Of a DNA stretch of 64,000 bases, positions 13,325 through 25,452 are shown in pieces. Position 1 is the stretch's first letter. Each line of letters opens with the position of its first letter. The translations under genes were made by a program, and so were the position numbers. This stretch comes from Moniliella sp. 'wahieum' (taxonomy: Eukaryota), in contig RSEE01000110.1 in assembly GCA_003971905.1 (NCBI GenBank), positions 62,001 to 126,000 on the forward strand. Reading direction: 5' to 3'. The notes under the pieces were generated by a model. That model saw only the letters and a program-made list of their open reading frames with translations, did not search any database and had not been told where the DNA came from.

Positions 13325-16300
13325 CTACGCCACGGCGACCTCCAACCGATTGCGACTCACTGCCACCACGCGCGTATGCAGCCCGCCATCATCCACCACC
13401 ACCGCTCTCTTCTCCGGCACAGCTGGGGGTCCAGCAGAGGCAGTCAGGTCACTGGCACCATCGGCTTGCGACCCCTCCTCCTCTGCCGCAACAGGCGCCA
13501 CTTCCTCTACCGCCGCCACAAAGGCATAGCTGCCCCGGGCAAGGAAAGCAAGCGACTGGCTTACCTCGGTACTTGCTCCAGCAGGCAAGGGCCACGGCAA
13601 GACCCGCGCAGTGAGCGATCCGGCGGCGGGGAGCAGGTGACGCAAGACCGGGTCGGTGGGGTGAGTGGACGTGTCAATTTGGGGCGCACCAGGGGGAAGA
13701 GGGGCACCGTTAGGGTCCAACGCGGCTGCTGGCAGGGGGGGGTAAGGCGATAAAGCAGCTTGACCGGGCGCGGGAGTGCGTTGGTGATACGGGCGGTGAT
13801 GGGGGTGAACTCCCCCGCTTTGGCGTAGGGGAGGAAAGGACGATGCTCAATGGCAACGCGCGCGAAGTAGGTCGATTTGTGCGTCGCTCCAGTCCTGCAC
13901 TTCCCGCAGCAAAAGCGTTCCTTCGTGGGGGCCATGGGCAAAACTTTCCCCGCCCCCCTGGGCCGGTGGCAAGTGCCAGAAACACCGCAGCCCCGCATAG
14001 AGCAAATGGGTGTACCAGAACTTACGCCGCATCAGGCGGTCTTCCGTTGGTGTCATCCCTCCCCGGGTCACAGTGAATTGCCGCTCAGACAGAGAGGGAA
14101 TCGGAGCCTGTTCCACCTCCGGTAGCAGGGCCAGACGCGGGAAGGGTAACACGAGACGACACCGCTGCCCCGGGGGCACAAGGCGCTGGAACGTGACCCC
14201 CTCCGTGGTAGGTGGATGCACCTCCACCGTACCGTCTTCGGTGACTGTAGCAGAAGCAGGGGCATACGCCAAGCCCACCGTCAAGTCTCGAACGGGATGC
14301 ACGTTCTTTACATCCAAGCTCATCAGTGCCATATCGTCCCCATCGGCCTCGTCTGCCGCCTGCACCAGCGCTGGCCCATTGCCTCGTTCTCCTCCGCATC
14401 AAAGGGGTTAAGAGATCCGTTGGCAGCCATAAGCCCGGTCAGATCGTTACCATCAATGGTCGCAGCGCCCAGGCGAGCGGCTGGATCACCCGAACCACCT
14501 CGACGGGGAACGACAGGCGCAGCTGGCGCGTAAAAGGTATCGCCATCCGCAGGGAGGTAGCCATATTCAATCGAGATGGTAGCCGCCATCACGCTGCGCG
14601 ACCAAACACGTTCACCACAACACTGCGTGCCTCATTGGGCGGGATGGTGATGGCAGTGTCACTACCCTCGCGCTGAAGAACAGGACGAGCAATGAGGCGG
14701 TATTCCAGCGCATGCGTGGAAGCCGGGGTCAAACCACCCTCTGCGAGCGTGCTGCGCGCCAAGGATGACAAGTTGTCTTCCAATCCCAGGGAGATGTAGT
14801 TGACGTCAAGCCGGGGTGCGTGCGGAGGTACAACATTGCGTAAGTGCAGACGTACAGCACGGGTTTCACCCTCATACAAGACCAGCCTTCCGTCAGGAAG
14901 AGACATGCTCTCGAGCTCCAGCAGCGGCTGGGGTAACACGACACGCACGCTCGTGTGCGTGTCGAACCCCTCCGATGGCCGCGGGGGTACGCGGGTGAAG
15001 CGTGAGGCCAAGCCAGTAAACTTGGTCCGCAGGCGACGATCATGAAGGTCGGCTTCGGCGTTGGTCCAGGCCAGTTCGGTAGTCGCGTCGAGTGGAGTTA
15101 GTCGTACCTCCTCAGGTCCACAGCCTTGCAGGGTGACCCGTACCCCGACTAGGTAAAGGGTACCAGTCTCCCTGGGAATGCCAGTCAGACGAAGACGCAA
15201 AAACGATTTGGCGGGCACGGTAGCTGTGTTGGGTGTTGGGTCAAAGCGGACACCAGTGACGAGCAAACGCAGGTCTGTCAGCGGCAGCGGAACATCCAAA
15301 GGGTTGTACAAAACCACCGATGTGGTCACCTCATCGTCGCTTACGACCAGCATGGAGCTGGGCTTCTTACTTGCCCGTGCATCGAGAGCCCGAGAGCGTT
15401 CAGTCACCTTCTTGGTCTCGCTCGGAGTCAGCAGGTCCATGCGACATACGAGCTGGCGCGGGCCCCAGTATTGCACTACGGTCTTGCCGTTTCGCTTGCC
15501 GGTTTCGTTGTCATCAGCCGAAACAAACACATCCCGCTCGTTCGCACCAACTGGTCTAGCCCGGCAACGAGCTGCGCTTGTTCGAGCTTAGGCAAAAGGG
15601 GGGCGAAGTCGCGCAATAAGACCGAGGCAAAGACAGCCATCGCAATGGGGTCGCCCACCGTTTCGGCAATGGCAAGTGCATCTTTCACAACCAACGCCTG
15701 GACCTCGTCCCAGCCAAAGGCTTCGGCGTGCATTTCCAACAATGCATCGTTCAAACCTTCCTCCTCTCCGTCGAGGGGACGATATCGCTCGCGGGCCCAA
15801 AGCTGACGTGCCGCCTCGGGCCGTAAGGTACCCAGGGAGGTCAGACGGCGCACATCGCGAGTACGCGCCAACGCATGGTCGTCAGGCACGTGAACCAACA
15901 TCTCATCCAGCTGGATCCCATATGTATCGCATATCTGGGCGGCAAGAACAAGAAGGGCATCGTAGTCCGCCTTGCCCCGGCGCGGTGAGTAGATCACATG
16001 CAAGCCAGGCGCCACCTCACCTAGACGAATGCGCAGGATATCCACCCCCGTGAGCGGCAGCGTGAAGCCAATCCATCACGCTGGCCAGAAGACGGCGCAA
16101 GAGGTACGTTTCTCTTCGCACGAAACCAATCCAGCCAAACAGGCTCGCCATTGAGGAAAGCACATCAACTTGGTCCGCGCCTTGAGAGCTGGTACAGAAA
16201 GCGTCAGCGCTTGGCTCGCAGCCGCCGCTACCTCGTCCCGCCGCACACCAGCATCGAGGGACCATTGAATGAGACTGGCCTCATCTGGAGGCCGTCGCCT

Positions 16301-18252
16301 CGAAGAAGAAGAGGGGTGCCTCCATAGAGAAGCTGGTCAAAGCACTCGCCGTTCCATCCACGGCAGCTCCAGATTGCCAAAAGGAACCGTGAGTACTGGA
16401 CACAGGCAGTGGCATGGATGAGTGGGTGGGTAAAATCGGGGAGAATTAGAAGAAACAGCTTTGGCTGGCGCTAGAAGGACAGACAGCGGAGAAAGGCATT
16501 TGGCATAGATGCTGATGGCCACCGTGTAGGCCTTGGCAATGCTTTCCCATGGCAAACCTTCATATGGCAAGTCGGCCGTACCATCCTTCTCCTTTCGCGC
16601 TTGGCTTGCTCTTTGTCCTTGTCCTTGCCGACAGCGACGGTAAGCGGGGTAGCCTGGAAGTTAAGGTGAGCAAGACGCATTCAAGACAGGAAGAAAATAT
16701 AGGCTACTTACCCTTTCCTCCACACCCTTGCCCAAGCGGGCCATCAGGGTGCGTGTCACAGCCCAGCCTTCGAGGGCTGAAGCAAACCAGACTGCATCAC
16801 GGCCACCAGCTAAGGAACGTTCTTTCCCCATCCACTTCATAGCCAAGTCGTAGTGCGCCATGGCGTTCCACAAGTCGCCTGAGAGGAGATACACGTCGGC
16901 CATGACCTTGGTATGACGTCCTTCTCCCTGCGGACCGGAACTGCCGGTAGTGGTTTTACGCCAGGCCGAGCTGATGCGCTTGGGCGCAATGCTCGGGGGA
17001 CGGGAAAGGTTAGTCGAGGAGCTGGAGAGAGAGACGGACCGGGCAAACTGAAGCGACTCCGGCTGTTGGCCACCACCCATGGCCTTGATGGGGGTGCCGG
17101 ACGATGGCTCGGGTTTTCCGGAAAAAGAGAAAAGGGACGAAGCGCGGTCCCACGTCCCACTTCCACCCGAATTGCGTGAATCAGGTGCAACGCCAAACAC
17201 AGATTCCCCCACTTCTTCGGGCGTCTGGGGTGGTGAGGCAGTTGGGTGCTGGGAAGTAGTCAGCAGCGACGACAGTCCACCATCGAGCGTGTCGCGTGGC
17301 GTTTCGAGCGGGACACCCTTGAGTGTGCCCACCATCTCCTCTAGCTGATCTAGCAGGGCCGAGATGACATCGGCCAATGCAGTCTTGACGTGGTGACGAA
17401 CGTCCTTACCGTCGGCACGGTGGGCAGGGATGACGAGCAGTTCGTCCTGGGCACGCTTGTCGTCGCCATCTTCTCCGCCGCCTTCGCTCGCCATGCCGCT
17501 CTCGGCCATGCCAGCACCCAAGAGCTGGGCATGGAGAGCCTGCAATTTAGCTCGCTCGGCAGTGGAATTGGGGTCATAGTCGCCTTGCTGGTTTTCGTCT
17601 GGCTGCGCCAGGCACCGGTGGTGGTGGAGGCTTTCCATGGATTCTCGGTGTCGCTGTTGTCGTCATCACCCGCCATGGCCATTGGCCTCGCCCTCCCCGA
17701 TCCATCCGCGCCCTCGACGGCACCCAAGTCGCCTGCGGGGTCGGAGGGCGCAGCGACGGGCTGGGCGGCATCGAAGGCGAGGACACGATGCATCAGAGCT
17801 CCGGGATGGGCGCGCTTGAGCTCTTCGACGGCGCCCGCAAGCGATCCAGCGGAGTTGTCCTCGTCAGCGGGGTTTTTGTGTTGGTCATCGGCCAGGGGCG
17901 TTGTTTGGTTTGTTGTGTGTGTAGCGGGGGCGAGGCCACGACGGCGAGCACAGTGCGGGAGAGGGCAAAGGGGGCGAGGAAGGCATGGGCGGGGTCGTAG
18001 GAGGTGACAAAGCTGATGTGCACCTCTCCCTTGCGCGCCAGCGCACTGCCAGGGGCGACGCTGGCGCGTGGGCGCGCACTCCGTGGCAGGTCCGCCAGAC
18101 GCAGCGTGCCGAAGCGACGCACGAGCGAGGCCCAGTGCTCAAACTGCCGGTCCGCAGCCCCGCCGCGCCCACCGGTGTCAGCAGCACCCGCAGCTTGGCC
18201 GGCGCCGAAACGACACATCCCCCGTCAGATCGCTGAGCGGCGGCGCGTCCAT
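13325..18252 (-). CDS. TRS120: TRAPP II complex subunit Trs120 / TRAPPC9
   Basis: N-terminal LRVLLTPVG..FEHWASLVRRFGTLRLADLP..GEVHISFVTSYDP; GRHTKVMADVYLLSGDLWNAMAHY..DAVWFASALEG; Ig-like C-terminal LYNPLDVPLPLTDLRL and RLVLPFPRL..RRKFWY. One intron near 16660-16710; multiple frameshifts. Confidence 0.9.
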
Positions 18253-18780
18253 CGTCCAGTCAGTCCCGTCCGCGGCGATGGGGTTGGCGCGCGCGCTGGT
18301 GGGGCTGGCCTGGTGGGCCTGGACACCAACGTGGAGCATCCAGCCACCGCCCCGCATTCTTATGTAATCACCCTCACCCCTACTCGGCGTGCTTAGAATA
18401 CCCACACTTCTTCCTCGCGCAATTGCACTACGACGGAAGGAATAACAATGAGTCATGTTTGTCGAAAAGGTCGTGCCCTATCCAGCAACAGGGACATACT
18501 CTACACCCACCGTCAATGAAAGCCCGTGTCGTACCTCTAATACAAGCACATGCCAAAGTTGATGGTGGCAAAAAGCAAAACACTTATTGTTGGGGGGGCA
18601 TTTTGTCAACAGGCGCTTTTTATACGATGCCGATGGTGATGAAAAAGAAACGATGGGGTGAGAAGCATGTTGCTTATCCAAAGGAGATATGCGAGAGTGG
18701 TCGCAGGCAATGAGTGAACGTGTATAGAGGGAGAGACAAGAGAGTGAAAAAGGTGAGAGAATTGAGCCTGAGCAAAACGA

Positions 18781-20544
18781 TCACAACTTGGCGGCCGTCG
18801 GAGTCGAGTTATTGCCAGTAAGAATGTCCTGGCTCAAAGCGAGGAGCAAGTGTTTCGTCTCATCCATCCACTCCTGCGCGTGGCGCGGTTCATACACTGG
18901 GAATGGTAAGTTGAAGCTCAAGTTGGCCGCGAATGGTCCAGACGTGCAAGAGAGAGTGACCGATGTCAACGGATGTTAACACCCAGGTCAGTCGTCGTCA
19001 TCCGCACCGCACCATCTTCCAACGCAGTGGGGAGGGGTGCAGCTTTGCCCTATCCAGTGGCCCTGGGGAGGAGACATAGATTGCGCCTGACCCATAGGCC
19101 GGCGGTCGGGCCGGGTGAAGGGGACCAGCGTGTCTTCGTACATTTTCTGTGCCAGCTTCAACCCCCAAAGCGGAACGGGGCGGTGGGGGCCAAGTCGGCC
19201 CATTGGCGCTTGTACACGCACGGGCCAATTGCAGCACATCGGTTCCATGGTTGGGAGCATGGAGAATCTGGACCGAGTTACCAAAGAAGGGCAAGGCAGC
19301 TTCGGGGGTCGGTGATACGGTGCTCAGACAGCAGCGGCGTCGATTGACGACATTCAGGAATACGTGGCGCCGCTCTTCCTCCGAAGGTGGGGAGAACTTC
19401 TTGAGAGTATGCATCGCACATGCAATGATGAACGGTGTGACGCTCAGCCCCGCTTTCTTGGCGGCCTGGATTATATTCTTGGTTTCAGGCTGAGCTAGAC
19501 GGATATTGGCTTTCTTGCTCGAACCGCTCGATACGGCGGCCCAATTGGGGACCGTGGCGTAGGGGAGGTTGAAATGGGGCTTATCCACCTTGGCCATGTG
19601 AGCCGTAATATCGGCGTTGGCATCAGCCACCTGATCCGAGGTGAAGGCGCCCATATCGTCGTGCACTGCTTGCTCCGTAGGGATGGGGAGACGCCGCACT
19701 TCCTGCCCCCATTGGCGGCTTGGCAGCTTGTTTGAAGTGCATCCGAAAGTGCATGCTGGAACGCTCTAAACACGGTGCATATACCCTGGATATCGTAGGC
19801 AGCATGGCGGCAGTGCATCCCAACTGAGAAACCACCGTCCTCTTTGGGAGCAATAGTGAAATGCGCCGAGTACTTGTGACTGTACCGCTCACTCAGTCCA
19901 CATCAAGCACCTCTTGAACCGCTTCGGTCCCACCGCTGGGGAGGTAGACAAAGGTATCCTTTAGCCATTCCGTTGGTTCGTCGATGGTACGCTGTAATCT
20001 GGGTAGAACCAAATACATCCTCATAATTGCCCTGTAGGCAAACGTGTCAGTTACTGTATGATTTGCGGATTTGGTGTGGTCAAGCGGCGAAAAGGTTATG
20101 GAAGGACAGTAGGAAGGACATACATGTTTCTCTACGCCGATGATGGGATGACGGAAAAGAGTGTCCGTCCAAGCCTCTTCCAGCGTTTTGGGCGAAACAG
20201 ACTGATTGACGGTAATGTCGAAGCGGATGCCGAAGTCTAGACAGCCATCCTCCACTTCACTTTGCATGAACTGGGTCGTTTCCGCTGGAGACGGGGAGGC
20301 GCAACCAACCTCCCACGGTAGGATCGGCAACCCAAATGGGATGAGGGTCGGAGCTGTTGACAGGGGCTTGCTTCATCACCAGAGGCGTGGGCGGGGGCTG
20401 CACCGAACAATTCTCCGTGGGGCGACAGGACGACGACCGGCACTGGAAGTGGACACCATCCGCACCAACGACTGCGCCAGCGGGGCAACAGGCATGGTAG
20501 GAAGCGTACGGAGTCCCATCGAGTACCACGAGAGCGAGAGCCAT
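18781..20544 (-). CDS. CoA-dependent (HxxxD) acyltransferase, Tri3/alcohol-acetyltransferase-like, with PTS1
   Basis: LEEAWTDTLFRHPIIG; catalytic-type HAAYDIQG; AAKKAGLSVTPFIIAC; NVVNRRR..FFGNSV; C-terminus TPTAAKL*. Start codon uncertain. Confidence 0.7.
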
Positions 20545-20685
20545 GGTTGGAAGACGGATAAGAGGTAAGGAAAAAGATACAAGCTGGGGGTGGAGGAGAG
20601 GACAAGGCAAAATATATATGTGTGTAGTGCTGCATACAGTAGGACGCGCACCGATATCATTTTCCCTGTCCACACAGGTGGGTGA

Positions 20686-20702
20686 TGATCGATGACGCGT
20701 GA
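20686..20702. repeat. Mixed-core TNA-palindrome heptamer chain TGA-TCGA-TGA-CGCG-TGA
   Basis: Read directly; lies about 140 bp upstream of the acyltransferase start. Confidence 0.8.
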
Positions 20703-21498
20703 CGAGATGATGACCCACGCCAGCGCGGCGAGTAGAATTCGGTTTGGTGACCTGTTCAGCAATCCGATTGTGCAGGGCGGAGCGCGCGGGGTTTGGGTGA
20801 GTGCGGCGGACAGCGGGGGCGTTGAAGGCCAAGCAGGGTCGGTGAGCAGATGGGTCCAAAACCACATCAGGTGGTCATATCGATTGCTCACCGCTTCTGC
20901 CTTTTCCCCCCCGATGAAGCTGATGAAGGAGATATCAATGGATCGAGGGTGGATGCAGGCATTACCTAATCAACGCCCCGACCCGGCCCGATAAATCAAA
21001 CTGTATAAGCTGCTGCCGTTTCAATTTCTATCTTGCTTAGGGCCGCCCAAAACGCCACAAACTGCCCTGCTGCCACCTTCCCTCATCCTCCTTCCTCCGC
21101 CTCCAGGAGGCGTAAGCACCTCTTTGAAGCTCGCAGTTGATGTCAACCACTCGCTATTGCTAGAATGCCCGCTGTTGGCGGTACCATAAACGCTGCTGAT
21201 GCGCTGTGGTGCAGACTTCTGACTAGCTGTTCGAATTACTCTTCACCTCAACACCCTCAGTGACCTGCCACAATCTGCCACATCCTATCCGATAGATCAC
21301 ATCTAATACCGGGGCTCGCAATCTCTCCACTTGAGCGCTGAGCGATGGTCGAGATGATCAAATCGATCATAGCCCTCTGAGGCCCAACCGTTCAGAGCAA
21401 CTCATCCAACAGACCCACACTATCAGTATATGCACGGACCTTCCTATGTGGAATTGCTTTAGTACTCTGCAACAGCTTCAAAACATTGATTAGTATCG

Positions 21499-22295
21499 GA
21501 AGAAGACAAGAGTCAAGCAGGTCGGAACAGACAACGGGGTGGCGCAGCCCGCGCAAGGGCGAATCCCACGAATCAGCGAGCCTCACCGATCCATTGGAGA
21601 GAGTGCAGGTGATCCCTATAGCACTACCTCTAGCAAACATAAATCAATCAGGGGTTTATCCGGTTATACAAAACTCGTGGCCCTGGTGTATACGTTTTGA
21701 AATAAGACTCGACGAAGCACACTCACGCGCTCACACTATATATTAACTCGGCTGCGTAGAGGGTGCGCAGATGGTTAAGTACAAGGTTCAGCGCATATAT
21801 GATGTTCGGCAGGATGGGCACAATGTGGATACGAAGCATCGTTGGTCTTTGGGGATTGTTGCGGCCAAGTCCGGCTGCGACGGATGGCCGTAGCCACCTT
21901 TGGAACATTTTCTCTCCGTCGGCTCTCTCTTGCCAGAGAGTATACTACACTAAAGTGGCCCAATTGTCATGTTCGATCGATGAAGGCTCTGCGAAACGCG
22001 GGGCTCTATATCCGCAAAAAGGGCGGAAAACCCTTCTAGGGTGTTGGTGGGTGTGGTTCTTCGGCCTACTCTCTATCATTTACAGGTTGAGGGATATAGC
22101 TGATTAATGAAGTAATCTAGTAGTATGTACCACAGAGATGCGGAAACTCTCCTAGAATCCACGATGAGTTGAAATGTGTGTGCGGCAATCGCTATATAAT
22201 CAGGCAGGTCGCAGGCTACTCGATGCATTTTGGAATCCCCCCAATACCTGCAAACCACCTCTGATCCTCTCCGTTATACCGCCTCATCAACTTCG
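21499..22295 (+). repeat. ~0.8 kb segment duplicated (inverted) from 3960-4750, upstream of F-box paralogs C and A
   Basis: For example GAAGACAAGAGTCAAGCAGGTCGGAACAGAC at 21502 matches the reverse complement of about 4710-4750. TTTTCTCTCCGTCGGCTCTCTCTTGCCAGAGAGTATACTACACTAAGTGG is shared by both copies. Confidence 0.9.
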
Positions 22296-24930
22296 ATGCT
22301 CGACCGCCTTCCCTTTGACATCATTCTGGACATCGCAGTCTGCGGCCACATCGCCCCTCGTGACCTCATCCACCTGTCGTGGACTTGCCATGGTATGCAC
22401 AGCTCCCTCCTGCATCCCCAAGCACCGCCCTACTCTCATGCTATTGGAGACGGCATGTATAAATCCACTCAGTGTCGGATCCACTAACTCTCCTTTCTCT
22501 TCCCAGGCTTCCATGCGACTTTGCAGGACGACAATTTGTGGCATCATGCCGCGTTTCGTCTTCTCCGTCTTCCATCCTTGTCCACCACTCTCCCTCAGGC
22601 CGCCTACTATGCTGGTTTCGAGGTCGCGCCGCGCACGTGGCAGGGACTACTCGTTTCCTGTGAGCTGCTAGAGGAAGAGTTTGGGTGGACCATGACCGGC
22701 ACCTCTCTACTCGCCACGCAGTCTATCCCTCCCCGGACTAGGCATTCGTCCATGCTGCTGCACGCTCTTCAAACAGAACCCGATCCATCTCCAACCCCAC
22801 GTCTTACCACGGTCCTCCCTCGCCCGGTGCGGTGTATCGGTTAGCTTGTGTGCGCGGGCCCAGTTGCCCATGCCCACGTTCGCCCCAGCAATAACGGTTA
22901 TGCAACATCGGCACCCGATTAAAGAATTTGACGATCCCCGATTTAAGGTGTGGAGGAATATGGTAGTCATGAAAGACTTGTGTTTATGCTCGCCCCATCC
23001 AATCCTCTGGTCCTTTCCGAAGCCGGAAATAGGAATCTTTGGTGGTGCGATGGTACTGCCCGAGGGGTGGGTGTTGCTTCGTTGGCTCGTCGGAATTCCC
23101 CCTGACCCGACAATCCCGCGTGATGAGGCCCTCCAGTACCGACACCATCAAGTGGCGGTGTATCGAGCAAGGGCACTCCCCCCTGGAGACTTTGAAGCCC
23201 ATTATGAATGCCACGAATGGAACAAAGCCTATGACGTATGGTACGTCAAAGAACATTTCGCGGCTGCCGTTCAATTTCCTTACTTGTTTACCTTGTGAGT
23301 GAATCCTCATCCTAAAATGAGAATCGTGCGCACGATTTGTACCTGACCTGTGTGGGTGATCGGGGTGAATCTCAACAGGAGCTTCCCACGAGCCGACGGC
23401 CGGGCTGAACTTGCCACTTGCAATCTTCTCACCCAAGAGAGGAGGGAGGAAGTGGCAGTGACCCTCGGCCATATAGGAGGTATTCATTCTGTGGATTTCC
23501 CGAATCCCCGCCACATCGTCATCGATCGGAACTGGGCCTACGTTTGGGATGGGTATACGTGGGCCGTGTTCGAACGTGCGACTGGCACCTGCATCGTCAA
23601 CATTGCCCAGCTCATGTCGGCCCAAGCTGGGGTCAACATGCGCCGGTCTTACTTTGCGCTCCATGGTCCGGCTACCCCGTATAGTTGCTCATTCCTGCAG
23701 ACCCCGCCTACGTTTCCAGATTTGGAGAGGTTTGAATTTCTGCGGTGGTTTACTGTCTTTCCCAAATCGGATACCTGGGTCTTTCGGCTACTACCCCAAC
23801 GCACGACGGATCTGATGCGTCTTGTGCTGGTCAAGAATTTTCAATCCATCTTAGCCCCGCACTCTCGAAACTCTCCTGAGTCTTGGATGGCGGTCATTGA
23901 TATCGACCCCACGCAGTACTATTTTCATGAGCACCCGCTCTTTAGGCATCAGAGGTATACCGGACAGACCAAAGGCGATCTCCGTATTGACGACGGCCGG
24001 GCCCTTTTCCCTGTCTTCGTCCCCAACTGGCACGTACAACCGACCCAGTGTCGATGCGGCCATCACCTATGCCCGCAGAATGATGTACAACCGACCCAGT
24101 GTCGGTCCGGCCATCACATTATTGGCCATTACGAATCGTTCAATGAGCCGTTATGCCCGCAGAATGATCCTCGACCTACAGCCCAAATTGTTGGATTGAT
24201 GAGGATGGTATTGGTCGATTGGAAGCATGCGTGGCGGCCGATGAGATTCGTGTCATCGACCTCCCCTGCCTGTGATGAGGGTGGATTTGTCGGAGTTGAG
24301 CCAGTTGTATGGGCACCAACTTTTTCTTGCAGGTCCGTGTGCGGATGGGACCCAGTGGCTGAGCACTGTGCACTGTCCAAACCAATTCTTGCCCTCCTCC
24401 AGTGCTCACATCGACCAGTGCCACTGTGCATGCGACTCCTTTAGGTCTGCGTTGGAATCTGCTATATATCAGTGTACGTTCTCCTTCCCAACAGACCCAG
24501 TGCAATGTGGTTTTAACTTCCGCGGGTATATATAGTGTGCGACGATTTCGGAGAAGGACGGCTGAGGAATTATCCTCGAAGAACACGCCGTGCATCAGCA
24601 CACTTCTGGGCTTATTCGCGACGAACAAGGTAAAGAAGCCAACCTGCCTTATGTATTGCGGAATGGGGCACGCGGGCAGTGCGTGGCTGCTGACCATTGA
24701 GTTGCTGTGAAGGTGATGCGGTGGGATTTTGTTTTGGGTCGCAGTCGCCCGGAAATATAAGGGGGTGTTTTGTCCCACGCCTGCATGTTGACACCTGAGC
24801 GACAATACCTCTGCGCCTTCATCCAGATAGCGGCGAAGGGGCCCTCTTCAAAGGAGGAAACGCTATCCATCAGAGATATACCCATTTGGCCCTTATCCGT
24901 CATTCCGTTTCGAAACACCTCCTCTTGACC
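22296..24930 (+). CDS. F-box domain protein, paralog C (mosaic; 3' part degenerate)
   Basis: MLDRLPFDIILDIAVCGHIAPRDLIHLSWTCHG, intron 22393-22506 (GTATGC..CTAAC..CAG), then FHATLQDDNLWHHAAF. A 364-aa open block spans 23350-24444. Confidence 0.72.
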
Positions 24931-25452
24931 GGCGGGGACGCCAGTCGATGGTGGATGTTCTAATCGATGCCAGTCCACTGCTACTTCATTTTGCACTCCC
25001 CTCCCTCTCGCTCCCTCCCTTCCTCTCTCAATCGCCTCTCTTCACAATACACACCAACATGTGTCATACACTTCTCTCCAACCCTCAGGATCTTTATCGA
25101 GTTTGTCCCCCCCGGGATCGAAGTCCACCAACTGAGGTCACCAGGCCCACTGGATATTTTCCGATCTAGTATAGGTTCGCCTCCACAAGAACAACTTCTC
25201 TCCGTCTGCCTCATACCCCACGCGCCTGTTGGCTGCTATTAGTAGGCTCTGGTTCTCCTGTTGGATCTTGCGAACAATGGACAAAGCAGGACACAATTCG
25301 GCTCATTACTATCGATTCAACTTGTTGAGCCTAGCCTAGTAGTCTCCTTATTTCCCCAAAGGGGTAACCCAAAGGGGAAAGGGGATCCGCCATTTTACTG
25401 GTCAGGCGAAATTGCGCTTTCGGAGTGATGACGCTGACGGGGGGGGGGGTTA

